A DNA stretch of 64,000 nucleotides, taken from the IMG/VR virus record IMGVR_UViG_3300003321_000927; one strand, written 5' to 3'. Under the pieces are notes generated by a model. That model saw only the letters and a program-made list of their open reading frames with translations, ran no database searches and was not told the DNA's origin. This stretch comes from a virus. Both the position numbers and the translations under genes were made by a program. Below, piece by piece: positions 49,886 through 60,504 of the stretch. Position 1 is the stretch's first letter. Each line of letters starts with the position of its first letter.

Positions 49886-52834
49886 CTAATCCTCACCGTC
49901 GGACAGGACGACACTGCCAGTCGCCTCATCGGTCAATCCGAGCCAGTTCGCGATCTCGTCGGTAAGGGCCGCCGCTGCGGTCATGTTCGAATCGAGGAGA
50001 GCGAGCGCCACGGCCTCGTCGGTAAGCAGCGCCTGCGCAGTCGCTGCATCGACGAGCAGGACGACCCCTTCGCGCTCGAAGACGAAGAACTCCCACGGCT
50101 CCCGTGTCGTCTGCGCGACCTTCTGCAGGGCATCGGCCTGCATCAGAGCCATGACTCGGAGGCTCGATGCCTGCGCCTCCGCCCGGAGAGCGGCCAGGAG
50201 CTGGAGGCTCGCGAGCGCCTCGACAGAACCGAGAATCCGTCCGCCCAATCCGGTGAGCGCCTCGACCGGAGCGGAGCCACCGGCCGACCGCAACGCCTGC
50301 TTCAGGTCCGCGATCATCGAGGCGTTTTGGGATACGGGCCTGACTGCCTCCGCCCGCGCAGTACCCGCGACGTTAAATGCGCGCAGCGCCTCGTAGAGCG
50401 CAGCCGTCGTCGCCCTGATGCCGCGTCCTACGTCGAGGGATCCCTCCATCGTCCGCTCGACGAGCTGGAGGCTCTCCAGGGCCATCTCTGCCGTCTGAGA
50501 GACTGTCCCCGTCGTACGACTTTCCTCGGGCGCGCCGATCGTAGCCCGGATCTCCTGTAGGGCGCCGATCGGGGCCACGATCGTCGCTCTGGTACCTGCG
50601 AGCGCCTGGACAACCTCGACAGCCGTCGCGCTGACCGAGGCGAGAGATTCACCGTCGAGCTGGCCTGAGGCGGCGAGCCGCTTTAGGCTGTCGAGCATGG
50701 CGGAGCCGACCGAGCTGAGGCTGAGTAGCGTCTCGTATGGCGGCGCGAAAAGTGCAGCCACACCGCGCAGGACATCGGCTGGGTACTGCTGGACTACCTG
50801 GATGGCCTGCTCGCTTTCGACGCCTACCGAACCCATCAGCGCGAGTCCGAGCAACGTCTCGACCGGGAAGGTGGCAATGTTCGAGACGGCGTTCTGATTC
50901 TGCGTGTCGAATGGATCACCGAAGAACTGCTGGACGAGCTGCAGCGCCTCAACGGCAAGCTGGGAGGAAGCGACGATCGAGCCGAGGCTCTCTGCCTGAG
51001 AGGTGACACTGGACGCAAGCTCTGCGCCACTCTCGGCGACGAGTTCTTCAAGGATGGCGAGAGTCCTGATGGAGTCGGAAGGTGCGACGAGTGCCGCCAC
51101 AAAGGCCTGCAGCGTTTCGACGGAGACACCGGTGCTGCTTGCGATGCCGCGGAGCGCTTCGGCAATCGCCACATAGGTCCGCTGGACGATCTGAAGCGTC
51201 TCCGCGCTCGACTCACCGGTTTGCGCAATGATGCCCAGCGCCTCGTTAGCGCTGGTGGCGCTGGTGGCGATTTGCGCCGGAAGGTCGAGCGACCCGGTGC
51301 CCGCTCTTGTGACGCCTTGCAGAGCCTCTTCGCACATTGCGATCAGGGCAGCAAGACCGCGCAGCGAATCGAGCTGCGAAACGCTGGATGCAGCGAGCGT
51401 AGACAGCGATTCCTGGGGCGTCTGAGAAGGGCGAGAAAGAGTCGAAAGGATCTCCACGGCCTCAGCGGTTGTTATCACCACCGTCTGCAACGCTTCCACA
51501 GCCTCCCCCGATCCAGCGACTGCCAGCTTCAGCAGCGTGCTGAGCGCGGCAGAGCTTGTCACCGCGAGCTTCTTCAGAGCTTCGTATGGTTCGGCGAGGC
51601 CGACGATCGCCAACATCCGCAGCGTCTCCAGCGCGTTCGCCGCGCCAGCCGCATCCACCGCCTGCAGCGCCTCGTAGGCGCTGGCGCTGCCCGCGACTGC
51701 GAGCGCGTGCAGCGACTCCAGGGGCAGATTCGACGTTTGTGAAACGCTCGTCACGGAGGTCGACTCCAGGGGGCCGACCTCGTTCGCCTTGATGAGCTGG
51801 GTCGCCTCGCCCGGATCCTGAGCCGAGGCGGAGCGTCCCGCGAGCGCCTCAATTGCATCGATCGCCCGAACACCCGCGTAGGTCAAGGAGACGTTACCGC
51901 CGCCGAAATTGTCGATGATCGCGACAGTATTACGGATGTCCACCTGGATCACATCGGCACCCGTGCTAAGCGTGCCGGTCGTCTTGGTGAAGCTAAGGAC
52001 AAGCACCCCGTTCTGGTAGGCCGTCAGCGTCTGGCCAACTACCCGAAACACGATCACGTCGCCCGCCGAGAGCGTGATCCCCGCACTTGCAATCGGCAAG
52101 ATGCTGTCGTTCGGTGAAACGAATGCGACAGATCCCGCACGCCACAAACAGCGGTAGGCAGGCGACCTGACGGTAAACATGATCTCGTCCGACCCGGTGG
52201 GCGGGGTGACAACAGTGCAGAAGATTTCGCAATCTGGACCGAACGTCGACGGCAGCCACTTGTTGCCCTTCAAGCCAAACGTGTCCGTCGTGTTCTTGAC
52301 CTGGTTCGAAACGATGAACAGGGTGTTGCCCGAGTTTTGCGAGATCCCCCAGTTGCCGGTCGCGTTCAACGCCGAGTCGGCCCGGTTGAAGTCGTCGAGC
52401 ACCGGGGCTTGGGGGATCGCTGTGTTGACGCTGTAGAGCGTCTGCAGAGCCTCGACCGCCTCCGCCTTTGCGGTGGCACTTCTCGCAAGTAGATCGAGTG
52501 GATCACCTGATGTGAGAGCCAGCAAGCGCAGAGATTCGAGCGGGTCGCCCGCGGAGGCCTGAAGAACCTGAAGCAGATCGGTCGACGAGGCCAGCGCGCG
52601 CGTCAATGCCTGCAGGTTTTCGTAGGGAAGGGAGAGAAGAGACGCAACCCCTCCCGGCGCATCAACCTGAGCCACGGTCGGCTTAGCCAGGCCCTGGACG
52701 ATGTCAATGAACCCGCTCTTGAGGAGGGCAACTAGCTCGTCGAGCGTGAAGTCGTCAAAGCCTTGCCCGAGGCCGTTCTCGAATTCGAGCGGATTGCCAA
52801 GGAAATCCTCGGAGATAGGAACGAAGCTCGACAT
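49886..52834 (-). CDS. giant repeat protein (982 aa): LamG/ConA-like domain plus degenerate E-A-L-Q helical repeats; head or tail fiber/decoration candidate
   Basis: A DDFNRADSALNATGNW...beta domain, followed by more than 30 copies of ..E(A/S)L..L(A/S).. repeats. Paralogous to the 1670-aa protein. Confidence 0.6.
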   Translation of the reverse strand: MSSFVPISEDFLGNPLEFENGLGQGFDDFTLDELVALLKSGFIDIVQGLAKPTVAQVDAPGGVASLLSLPYENLQALTRALASSTDLLQVLQASAGDPLESLRLLALTSGDPLDLLARSATAKAEAVEALQTLYSVNTAIPQAPVLDDFNRADSALNATGNWGISQNSGNTLFIVSNQVKNTTDTFGLKGNKWLPSTFGPDCEIFCTVVTPPTGSDEIMFTVRSPAYRCLWRAGSVAFVSPNDSILPIASAGITLSAGDVIVFRVVGQTLTAYQNGVLVLSFTKTTGTLSTGADVIQVDIRNTVAIIDNFGGGNVSLTYAGVRAIDAIEALAGRSASAQDPGEATQLIKANEVGPLESTSVTSVSQTSNLPLESLHALAVAGSASAYEALQAVDAAGAANALETLRMLAIVGLAEPYEALKKLAVTSSAALSTLLKLAVAGSGEAVEALQTVVITTAEAVEILSTLSRPSQTPQESLSTLAASSVSQLDSLRGLAALIAMCEEALQGVTRAGTGSLDLPAQIATSATSANEALGIIAQTGESSAETLQIVQRTYVAIAEALRGIASSTGVSVETLQAFVAALVAPSDSIRTLAILEELVAESGAELASSVTSQAESLGSIVASSQLAVEALQLVQQFFGDPFDTQNQNAVSNIATFPVETLLGLALMGSVGVESEQAIQVVQQYPADVLRGVAALFAPPYETLLSLSSVGSAMLDSLKRLAASGQLDGESLASVSATAVEVVQALAGTRATIVAPIGALQEIRATIGAPEESRTTGTVSQTAEMALESLQLVERTMEGSLDVGRGIRATTAALYEALRAFNVAGTARAEAVRPVSQNASMIADLKQALRSAGGSAPVEALTGLGGRILGSVEALASLQLLAALRAEAQASSLRVMALMQADALQKVAQTTREPWEFFVFEREGVVLLVDAATAQALLTDEAVALALLDSNMTAAAALTDEIANWLGLTDEATGSVVLSDGED

Positions 52835-52880
52835 CGAAACACCGATGCCTAGCTACTGATCTTCGCGGCTACCATGGCTC

Positions 52881-53435
52881 TTAGAAGAACCCCACCACTG
52901 TCATCCTGGTACCTGCCTTCAGGTTGGCGCCGTTCGCTGACAAGATGGAGAGCCTGTCCACGCCTGTCGTGCCGCTGTAGTAGCCATAGATGATCTCTCG
53001 TCCCCAGGTGCCCCCGTCGCCGTATCCCTCGTCGATGACAGCGGCGACGTTCTTCGTGCCGAGGGGATCGGGGATCCTGACGATGGTCGAGGCGAAAAGG
53101 TCGCCGCTATTGGCGGGGCACTCCGTGTACCAACCTCCGACGGTGGCTTGCAGTGATTGTCCTGAGCCGCCTGAGAAGAACGCGAACCGCGTCAAGTAGT
53201 TGCTCGTCGTGGCGTCGTTGTTGACCCGGATCAGTATCGCGTCAGTCGACGCGGCCCTGGCAGAGCATACGGAGATGTGCGCCTCGATGGCCTTAGTCCC
53301 AACTGGCACAAGGCCCGTTCCCGTGTCGAGCGAGGCTGCGGCGACTGCAAGCGTCGAGTCGAACAGGATCGTAGACCTTCCAACCACGTTCCCGTGGTAC
53401 GAGATCTGACCAGAGGTCTGCCTTTCACGGCGCAT
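52881..53435 (-). CDS. structural protein (184 aa)
   Basis: ATG at 53435 shares a nucleotide with the upstream TAA. Beta-rich. Confidence 0.45.
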   Translation of the reverse strand: MRRERQTSGQISYHGNVVGRSTILFDSTLAVAAASLDTGTGLVPVGTKAIEAHISVCSARAASTDAILIRVNNDATTSNYLTRFAFFSGGSGQSLQATVGGWYTECPANSGDLFASTIVRIPDPLGTKNVAAVIDEGYGDGGTWGREIIYGYYSGTTGVDRLSILSANGANLKAGTRMTVVGFF

Positions 53436-53755
53436 TAGGTGATTTCCGCGCCGCCGACGTACAGCGTGATCTTTGTATCGGCGTCCGCCTTGGCGTAAAT
53501 CGTGTCCGTCGCCGCGAGGGGAAGATAGACATCGTCCTCCCATGCCCCACCGGCGGGGATGGTGATGATCTCGGTGATCGCATTCGCAGCAGCCGATCCG
53601 TTTCGGAAAAGTTCGAGCGTATGCGAGGACGCGTCCTTGTTGACGCAACGGATGTGACGCACAACGGTCGTGGTCGATCCAGGCACCGTATAGACCGTGC
53701 CTCCTGCCGCAGTAGGCTGGCCGTGGTAGAGCGTCTTAGGGGTTGTCGCAGCCAT
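53435..53755 (-). CDS. structural protein (106 aa)
   Basis: Thr/Ala-rich beta protein. Confidence 0.45.
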   Translation of the reverse strand: MAATTPKTLYHGQPTAAGGTVYTVPGSTTTVVRHIRCVNKDASSHTLELFRNGSAAANAITEIITIPAGGAWEDDVYLPLAATDTIYAKADADTKITLYVGGAEIT

Positions 53756-53787
53756 CGCTCAGATGATGGCGCTGCCGGTGGACGACA

Positions 53788-56700
53788 TCAGTCACCCTCG
53801 AAGGTCTGAATGACCGACTTCAGGGTGTCGGCGAGGAGCGCCAGTGTCCGCGCGTAACCAGCGGCCTCGTCGATCTGCGCCGCAACGGGTGCGATCGTCC
53901 CAAGTCCGGCGTTGTAGTGCGCGAGGACCTGACTCTGCGTCAGCTCGTAGTTGTAGAAGGCGACCTCGTCGAGGAAGTGGTCGCCGTTCTGGTCGCCGTG
54001 GCCGATCGACATTGAGCCGGTGCCGGAGTTCGAGGCGAACGAGAAGCCCGTATCGTTGCGGTACTGGACGCCGTTGTAGTAGCTCTTCAGGGTGTGCGCG
54101 GTGGCGTTGTAGGCCATGACGATATGGAACTTCACGCCGACGTTGACCCCGTCCGGAGCGATCTGACTCTCGAATGGAGAGCGGCGGTAGGTGAGTCGCC
54201 CGGCGGGGGTGTAGCGGTAGAAGAGCCAGTTCCCCTGCGCCATCACCGAGCCGAACTGCGAGCCCGAGTTGGATGCCGGGTTGATCCAGAACTCATTCGT
54301 GAAGCTGCCGTTGCACTGGAGATCGGAGGAGAACGGGACGACCAACTGCCCGGCCGCCGTGAAGCGCGCGGAACGGCCTGTCAGGATCAGCGGCGACTGA
54401 TTGATCGTTGCGCTGCTATAGGTGCCGTCGAGACCCGCGACCGAGTCCGTTCCAGTCGTCCCGCTCGTCTCATCGAGCTTCCAGTAGTGAGTTGGGGAGT
54501 CGGCGAGCACGACGCTGCTGTACTGAACGAAGTTGTTCGGGTCCTGCAGTACCTGCGTAATGGTCCGAAGCAGATCCTGGATCAGCGTGCCACTCCCGGA
54601 GACGCGCTGAAGCGCGTCCAGCGCACCCGCCTCGGAAGCGGAGATGCCGCTGAGTGCCTCCAGGGCAACCAAGGCAGTCTGGGACACCAGTCCGCTCGTC
54701 GACTGGCTCTCGAACGGGGAGACAAGCAGCGCGGAAAGGCTCTGCAGGCTCTCGAAGGCAGTCATCACGTTGGACGTGACAGGCCTGAGGCTCTCGATCG
54801 TCTCGACGCCGGGGATGACGAGAGACGACGCCGACTCTGCACTCTCTTGCGACGAAGCAGCAAGCGCCTTGGGCGCGTCAAGGACCGTAAGCCCACGAGT
54901 AGCTGCCGTCGTCACCCGGAAGTTATCGAGCCGCGTAGCGCCACTTGCACCACTGAAGTCGAAGCCGATCCCGATGCCGACCTGACCGGCGCCTGTGATG
55001 CTGCTGTCGCTAAAGGTCGCGACCTCAACGCCATTCTTCGTCAACGCCATCGAGGTACCGGTGAGCTTGAAGCCGAGCCTGTCGCCCGCCGAGAAACTGA
55101 ACGAGGGGAAGCCTCCAAAAGCCGAGGATCCCGAACCGTTGACCACCTTGTCAACGTGAACGGTCTGCTCGACACAATAAAAGTTCGCCTGGTAGTAGGA
55201 GGTGTGGTCGGCGCTGACGCGCGCCATGATCAGAACCTTTTCTCCCGTGCCGCTGTTGCCGAGGACGGGCACGTCCACCTCGATCCACTGGTCTGCCTGC
55301 ACCACATCAACCCACGTGGCGAGATTGGCCGCGCCCGCGCTCGTGCTGGTCGGGGCTACGCGATTGCCCACGATCTGCAGGCGAGGAGCCGTCGTCCAGT
55401 TTGTCCACTTTCCATCGCTGGAAAGTGGGTTCTCGTCTGGTCGGTTAAAGTCGTCGAAGGGACTATCGGCAGACGAGACCAGCCGTAGCGCCTCAGCGCC
55501 TCCGGGTCCCAGGATGGCGAGCTGCTTCAGCACATCAACGATCTCGGGATTCGCGATCGCGAGAGCCCGCAGGGACTCATAGGCGTTGACGGCGCCCGTG
55601 ATAGCCAACTGTCGTGTCGCCTCCAGCACGTCAGCGGGACCGACGATCGCGAGCGCCTTCAGCGCTTCGAATGCGTCTGTGGAGCTGGAGATCGCAAGCA
55701 GCTTCAACGCCTCGACCGCCTCGGCCTCGGTGATCGCAAGTCCTTGCAGTGCCTCCAGGATGAGCTGCGCCGTCTGGGTTACGGGAGTAGTGGCGATGGA
55801 CTGGGTGGTGTCGATCTGCTCCGCGCCAACAAGAGATGTGGCGTTGATCAGATATGTCACGCCAACAAACGACCAGGACGACCCGCCGTTGAGCGTCCTG
55901 AGACCATTGTACGTCACGTTGAAAGTGTTATTCGCACGGACGCGCCAGCAATTCGAAGTGTCCGGGGATCCAGACGACCGGAACGAGACCCAATACGTCG
56001 TCCCCGCCGCGAGCGACACGAGCGAGCTGGTGAACTCGATCGAGTAGACCGTGCGCGTGTTGGAAGTCGGCACAAGATACTTCGTTGCGAGCACCGAACC
56101 AGGGTTGCCGCTCGAATCCGAGCGCACCTCGCAGATGATTGAGCTGGGCGGCGTTCCTACCCCCTCGATATCCACCGTCACGTTCTGCAACTTGCCAGCC
56201 ACGGACGGCGTGAAGTCCTTCGCGACGTAGGTGAGCGTGTCGTTCAACGGCTGGAAGGCTGTCCCAGGCGACTGCGACGAGGTGTCGAGTACGGTCGCTG
56301 TGTCCCCCGCAATGTTCTTCAACGCCCGCAGTGCGTCGAGCTGCTCCTGCAGTGTGGAGGCGATGGTCTGCTTAGCGTCGATTTCGCCAAGGGCCACAGG
56401 GCCCGCCGTGTAGGTGGCATAGATGAAGTGCTCACCAGTCGAGACCGTCGAGCCGCCAAACGGCGTATCCATCCCATCAGAGAAGGTGTCGAGCGTGTTG
56501 ATGTCGGCCTTCTGTCCTGTGCCCGAAACGAACGGGAGCGACCGGGCACCTCCAGACGCTGCAACGGCAAGCCAGTACGTCCCCGCAGGAAGAAGAACGG
56601 GATTGGCAAGCGCGAGCATCGACCAAGCGCTGGGGGCGGTATTGGCAAGCGTTACCGTTCCGGGCGTCTGGGCGATCAGCGCGTCTGGGGATCCCGAGCT

Positions 56701-58800
56701 GTCGGTGTAAATGCCCGCGCGGTACTGATGCGGCCCCCCCGTGTTGGCGGTCGTGTAGAAGCTAATCGACGTCACTAGCGCCGCCTCCGAGAGGGTGAAC
56801 TTCGAGGCGCGCTTGTCGCCCGCGCTGAACGGTGAGGCCGATTCGAGGCCCGTCGGGGTTGTCGCGCGACCGTAGGTCTTCGTCTGTGACGCGATCCCCT
56901 GCAGTGCCTCCACCCTCTCTGTCGGGCCGGTGATGGAGAGGGACTGCTGGGTGGCGATCTGCGCGCCAGGAATCGCGGTGACAAGGAGCGACAGGGTGTA
57001 ACCGCCAGCGATCCAGGTCGAACCCCCGTCGTTTGATTCCTTCGCGGTCGCTGTGATGTTCGATCCGGAAAGCGTGATGTAGTTCGAGTTGTCGATGGCG
57101 CCTGACCGGGAGATTGTCACCCAGTAAGTTCTGCCTGCCTGCACGCTACCGATGCCGACGACACGCGAAGAGAACGAGCTATCGAACGACGATGCCGCGA
57201 CCGACGTCGATGCCAGCACCGCACCGGGGCTGCCCGAGGAGTCCGCGCGCAGCTCGAAGACAATGTTGTCCGAGGGCGCCCCGGACTTGCGCGCCCTGAT
57301 CTGCACAAACGCGCCACCATCGAGGCTCGACGTAAACGAGTCGGCTGTCTTGTACCCGATGCCGCCCGACCCGGCGAGTTTCAGGTCAACCTGCTCGTTC
57401 TGCGCCTGCGCCGTCGTGTCCCGAAGCGATGTCGCTCCTGGCCCCTGAATTGTCTGCAGCGCCTCCGAGGGCTCCGAGAGGGTGACCGCAAGCCCCTGCG
57501 AGACGGCGACCTGCTCTTGCTGGGCAAGCGTCGCCGAGTAGTAGAGGTCGTCAGATTGCGCCTGCCAGACCGAAGCCCCGAACAACGCATCGAGATCTGC
57601 GCTTGCAAGCTGGGCGTTCACCTGCGTCGTCAGCCCGGCGAGGTAGTAGTTGCTCGTGCTGCGCGCGCCATCGCGGCGGAAGACGACCCAGTAGGTTCCC
57701 GGCTGGATCGGCGCGTTCGGCGTGAAATTGTACGTCGTGATGCTAGTCGTCAGCGACGACCCCGCGATCGTACCGAGATTCGCGTTCACGATTGAGCCCG
57801 CGCTTGTGTCGGGAAGGCCCGCGCTGTCCCGGCGCAGATCGAGCACGACGTTGTCACTCGGGGCTCCCACCTTGGCAAGGGCGACAGTAAGAGAGGTCAT
57901 GACCGACCCGACCGGCACGACGATCTGCTGCGCTTGCATCTGGGTGACCGCGCCCGCGGCAACTCCTTGGAAGGAGCGGCCGGTCGTTCCGACCACACCT
58001 GTCTGCTGGATGATTTTGCCAGCACTGACGAGCTGCAACGCCTCGACTTCTTCGACGATCGTTGGGGTGAGCTTCTGGCTCGCCTCAATTCGCTCGTCGG
58101 TCGTCACGGCGAGTCCCTGGCTAACGAGGACCGGCTCTGCAACCGTCGGCTTCAGAAGCTGCGCACTTGTATAGGGCAGCCCAGCCGTCGCCGATACCGC
58201 GATCGTAGGCGTGTAGGTGACGGTGACGACGACTCGGTCGACGCCGATCGAGACTGCGGCAGAGTTCGAGTTGCCGGTCTTCGGAACCGCCGTGATCCGC
58301 AGCTTGATCGTCGCCGAGGGCGCCTGCAGCGCCGAAGGAACGGCCTGCGTCGTTCCCGTCCGCGTCGACCAGGTTGTCTGGGCGGCGGCGGGCGTCGCCG
58401 CGGAGGCCTGGATCGTCGCCTGCAGCGTTCCGCCTGAGTCGTAGAACTCCGACGGTCCGACCACGCCCGCCGCGCCGCTCGTGAACTCCGGCTGCGCCCA
58501 GTCGTGCGAAAGGTTGACGTTGGTCACGATCGCCCCACTGGGAACGCCGAGATCAGTCCAGGCCCCTGTCCACTCCCAGTAGGGCGTGCCGTTCGTCTGG
58601 TTCTTACCGGTGCGACGCGCGCGCAGGCCGCCGTTACCGGCGTCGGTGTCGTTCGTCGACTCGTACGTCGCAGTCGTGTCGAGCGTGCCGGTTTCGTTTG
58701 TGGCGCCGTTCGTGTTGTGCGCCCACGATCCGCCCTGCGCCGTATACGGCAACGCCTGCGTTGCAGTATTGAAGCTGAAGGTCTTGGTGACTGTGGCCAC
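53788..58800 (-). CDS. giant structural protein (about 1670 aa): Ig-like N-terminal repeats, ALQ helical repeats, two LamG/ConA-like domains
   Basis: GTG at 58800 (TAGTG junction). The C-terminal lectin-like domain spans WKLDETSGTTGTD...NGDHFLDEVAFYNYELT. An internal DDFNRPDENP module is shared with the 982-aa protein. Confidence 0.6.
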   Translation of the reverse strand: MATVTKTFSFNTATQALPYTAQGGSWAHNTNGATNETGTLDTTATYESTNDTDAGNGGLRARRTGKNQTNGTPYWEWTGAWTDLGVPSGAIVTNVNLSHDWAQPEFTSGAAGVVGPSEFYDSGGTLQATIQASAATPAAAQTTWSTRTGTTQAVPSALQAPSATIKLRITAVPKTGNSNSAAVSIGVDRVVVTVTYTPTIAVSATAGLPYTSAQLLKPTVAEPVLVSQGLAVTTDERIEASQKLTPTIVEEVEALQLVSAGKIIQQTGVVGTTGRSFQGVAAGAVTQMQAQQIVVPVGSVMTSLTVALAKVGAPSDNVVLDLRRDSAGLPDTSAGSIVNANLGTIAGSSLTTSITTYNFTPNAPIQPGTYWVVFRRDGARSTSNYYLAGLTTQVNAQLASADLDALFGASVWQAQSDDLYYSATLAQQEQVAVSQGLAVTLSEPSEALQTIQGPGATSLRDTTAQAQNEQVDLKLAGSGGIGYKTADSFTSSLDGGAFVQIRARKSGAPSDNIVFELRADSSGSPGAVLASTSVAASSFDSSFSSRVVGIGSVQAGRTYWVTISRSGAIDNSNYITLSGSNITATAKESNDGGSTWIAGGYTLSLLVTAIPGAQIATQQSLSITGPTERVEALQGIASQTKTYGRATTPTGLESASPFSAGDKRASKFTLSEAALVTSISFYTTANTGGPHQYRAGIYTDSSGSPDALIAQTPGTVTLANTAPSAWSMLALANPVLLPAGTYWLAVAASGGARSLPFVSGTGQKADINTLDTFSDGMDTPFGGSTVSTGEHFIYATYTAGPVALGEIDAKQTIASTLQEQLDALRALKNIAGDTATVLDTSSQSPGTAFQPLNDTLTYVAKDFTPSVAGKLQNVTVDIEGVGTPPSSIICEVRSDSSGNPGSVLATKYLVPTSNTRTVYSIEFTSSLVSLAAGTTYWVSFRSSGSPDTSNCWRVRANNTFNVTYNGLRTLNGGSSWSFVGVTYLINATSLVGAEQIDTTQSIATTPVTQTAQLILEALQGLAITEAEAVEALKLLAISSSTDAFEALKALAIVGPADVLEATRQLAITGAVNAYESLRALAIANPEIVDVLKQLAILGPGGAEALRLVSSADSPFDDFNRPDENPLSSDGKWTNWTTAPRLQIVGNRVAPTSTSAGAANLATWVDVVQADQWIEVDVPVLGNSGTGEKVLIMARVSADHTSYYQANFYCVEQTVHVDKVVNGSGSSAFGGFPSFSFSAGDRLGFKLTGTSMALTKNGVEVATFSDSSITGAGQVGIGIGFDFSGASGATRLDNFRVTTAATRGLTVLDAPKALAASSQESAESASSLVIPGVETIESLRPVTSNVMTAFESLQSLSALLVSPFESQSTSGLVSQTALVALEALSGISASEAGALDALQRVSGSGTLIQDLLRTITQVLQDPNNFVQYSSVVLADSPTHYWKLDETSGTTGTDSVAGLDGTYSSATINQSPLILTGRSARFTAAGQLVVPFSSDLQCNGSFTNEFWINPASNSGSQFGSVMAQGNWLFYRYTPAGRLTYRRSPFESQIAPDGVNVGVKFHIVMAYNATAHTLKSYYNGVQYRNDTGFSFASNSGTGSMSIGHGDQNGDHFLDEVAFYNYELTQSQVLAHYNAGLGTIAPVAAQIDEAAGYARTLALLADTLKSVIQTFEGD

Positions 58801-59300
58801 TACTTGGCCGCCTGAATGCAGTGCAGCGCGCGAGGACGATTCGCCAGCTCGCCACCTGGGCTGTGCGAGCACTTCATGACGACGGGGTCATCGAGGTGCT
58901 GCTTGATGTGCCGGATCTCCGTCTCGCGCCAGACATTGAAGATCAGAAGCACGATCAAGAGCAGCTCGACGAAGCGCGTGAAGCTCCAGGAGATCTTCTC
59001 CACGATCATGTCCTCGTCCGTGACGACGGACTCGCCCCCGCGGGCGATGCCGCTCTCATTCATGAGTCCGCCGCTCAGGTAAGGGCGCCAGCCGAGCGAG
59101 AGAATCAGCACGCCGAGATGGAGGTCGAAATAGGGCCCGTAGCTCAGGCCTTGGAAGCGTCCCCCGGAGACCGAGCGACGCTTGAAGTCGAGGTGTATGC
59201 CGAGAGAGAGCCAGCCGTTGAGCTGCCACTGAAGCATCCACAGCTCGCCGTAGCGAATGTTCCAGCCAGTCAAGCGATGAATCCAGGATGGCAGCCGCAT
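58800..59300 (-). CDS. hypothetical membrane-like protein (about 167 aa)
   Basis: Internal ATG at 59300. Hydrophobic segments are present. Confidence 0.35.
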   Translation of the reverse strand: MRLPSWIHRLTGWNIRYGELWMLQWQLNGWLSLGIHLDFKRRSVSGGRFQGLSYGPYFDLHLGVLILSLGWRPYLSGGLMNESGIARGGESVVTDEDMIVEKISWSFTRFVELLLIVLLIFNVWRETEIRHIKQHLDDPVVMKCSHSPGGELANRPRALHCIQAAK

Positions 59301-59381
59301 CGGCCTCAGTCTCACGTCAGAGCCGGACGACAAGGGCGCCCGAAGGCGCCCCTGTCGATGTCAACCCCTCGGCGAGTTCGA

Positions 59382-60119
59382 CTAGGTCGTCTGCCCGTCG
59401 ATCTCTGACGTGTACGTCGTCTTCAGTGCGGCGTTGTTCGTCGCGAGCGAGAGCCGCAGCCAGACGCTCTGGTAGGCGCCGGAGCTGAGGTTCTGTGAGT
59501 TCGCGACGTTCGCGGCCGTCGAGGCGAACGTGATGCCCGCCGGGGCCGTCGTGCGGTCGGCGGCCGTGGTCGAGTCGGAGAGCGTCCCTTCCAGGCCATG
59601 ATCGATCAGGCCCGACGGGTCGGCGTTCTCCAGCACCTGCGCCGAGGTCAGCGCGAGCGAGCCGTTCGTGTTCTTCCACACGAACTTCGCGTAGCGCGTG
59701 ATCGTGCCCGAAGGCGACGATGCGATCTGCTGGAAGATGGCCCGGAAGCCCTTCTCCCCGACCGGGATCGTGCGGAAGGTGGTGGAGGACGTGTTGCCCG
59801 CAACGGTGATCGTGCCGATCGCGGCCGAGGCGAGCGTCACCGAGAGGATGCGCTCGTACGTGTTCGTCGAGAGCTTTGGCGTCGTGCCCGTGAGCGCGAA
59901 GGTCTCGCTGGAGAGCGTACCGTCCGACTTACGGCCGACGAGCGTGACGTTCTGCGTGTCCGACGCCGACGACGAGGTGAACTTCACGATCTCCGCCGAG
60001 GAGATCTGGGTGAAGTCGACGCGGATCGTCGCGTCGATGGCGCCACCATTCGTGCCCGAATCGGCTGTGGGCATGTTCGCCGTGGCGTAGGCGACGAGGT
60101 CTGTCGAGACGATCGACAT
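59382..60119 (-). CDS. beta-rich virion structural protein (245 aa)
   Basis: GGAGG lies 9 nt upstream of the ATG at 60119. Ser/Thr-rich with Ig-like character. Confidence 0.5.
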   Translation of the reverse strand: MSIVSTDLVAYATANMPTADSGTNGGAIDATIRVDFTQISSAEIVKFTSSSASDTQNVTLVGRKSDGTLSSETFALTGTTPKLSTNTYERILSVTLASAAIGTITVAGNTSSTTFRTIPVGEKGFRAIFQQIASSPSGTITRYAKFVWKNTNGSLALTSAQVLENADPSGLIDHGLEGTLSDSTTAADRTTAPAGITFASTAANVANSQNLSSGAYQSVWLRLSLATNNAALKTTYTSEIDGQTT

Positions 60120-60123
60120 CTAC

Positions 60124-60297
60124 CTATTCCTCCCCCGGAGCGCTCGGCTCCACGTCGATCACGGACTCGGAGACGCCCTGGCCGACGAGAGCGGACTCGC
60201 TCTGCGCCGCGAGGTGACCGTCGTACCACGGTCCATCCCAGTAGCCCGGCTTGAAGGTGCCGTCCTCCTGAAGCTCCGGCGGGTGCCATTCGCCCAT
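60124..60297 (-). CDS. small hypothetical protein (57 aa)
   Basis: Fills the gap between tightly packed genes. Translates as MGEWHPPELQEDGTF.... Not in the ORF track. Confidence 0.3.
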   Translation of the reverse strand: MGEWHPPELQEDGTFKPGYWDGPWYDGHLAAQSESALVGQGVSESVIDVEPSAPGEE

Positions 60298-60300
60298 GGC

Positions 60301-60504
60301 CTAGGCGAGCTTCCGCTCTGCCTCTTCTGGAGAGTCCAGCGTGCTGTCGTCGAGGCCTTCCGTAACCTCCAGAACGCCAGCAGCGTGAGCAGCCGCCGCG
60401 AGGTGGACGAGTTCCTCGCTCGGCGACTCGACGACGTGGTCGCCCTTGCCGTAGGCGTCGTGACCCTCGGGCTCCCACGGAGTGTGAACGGTGAACGCAA
60501 GCAT
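60301..60504 (-). CDS. small acidic protein (67 aa)
   Basis: Internal ATG at 60504 preceded by AAGGAAA. Confidence 0.35.
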   Translation of the reverse strand: MLAFTVHTPWEPEGHDAYGKGDHVVESPSEELVHLAAAAHAAGVLEVTEGLDDSTLDSPEEAERKLA

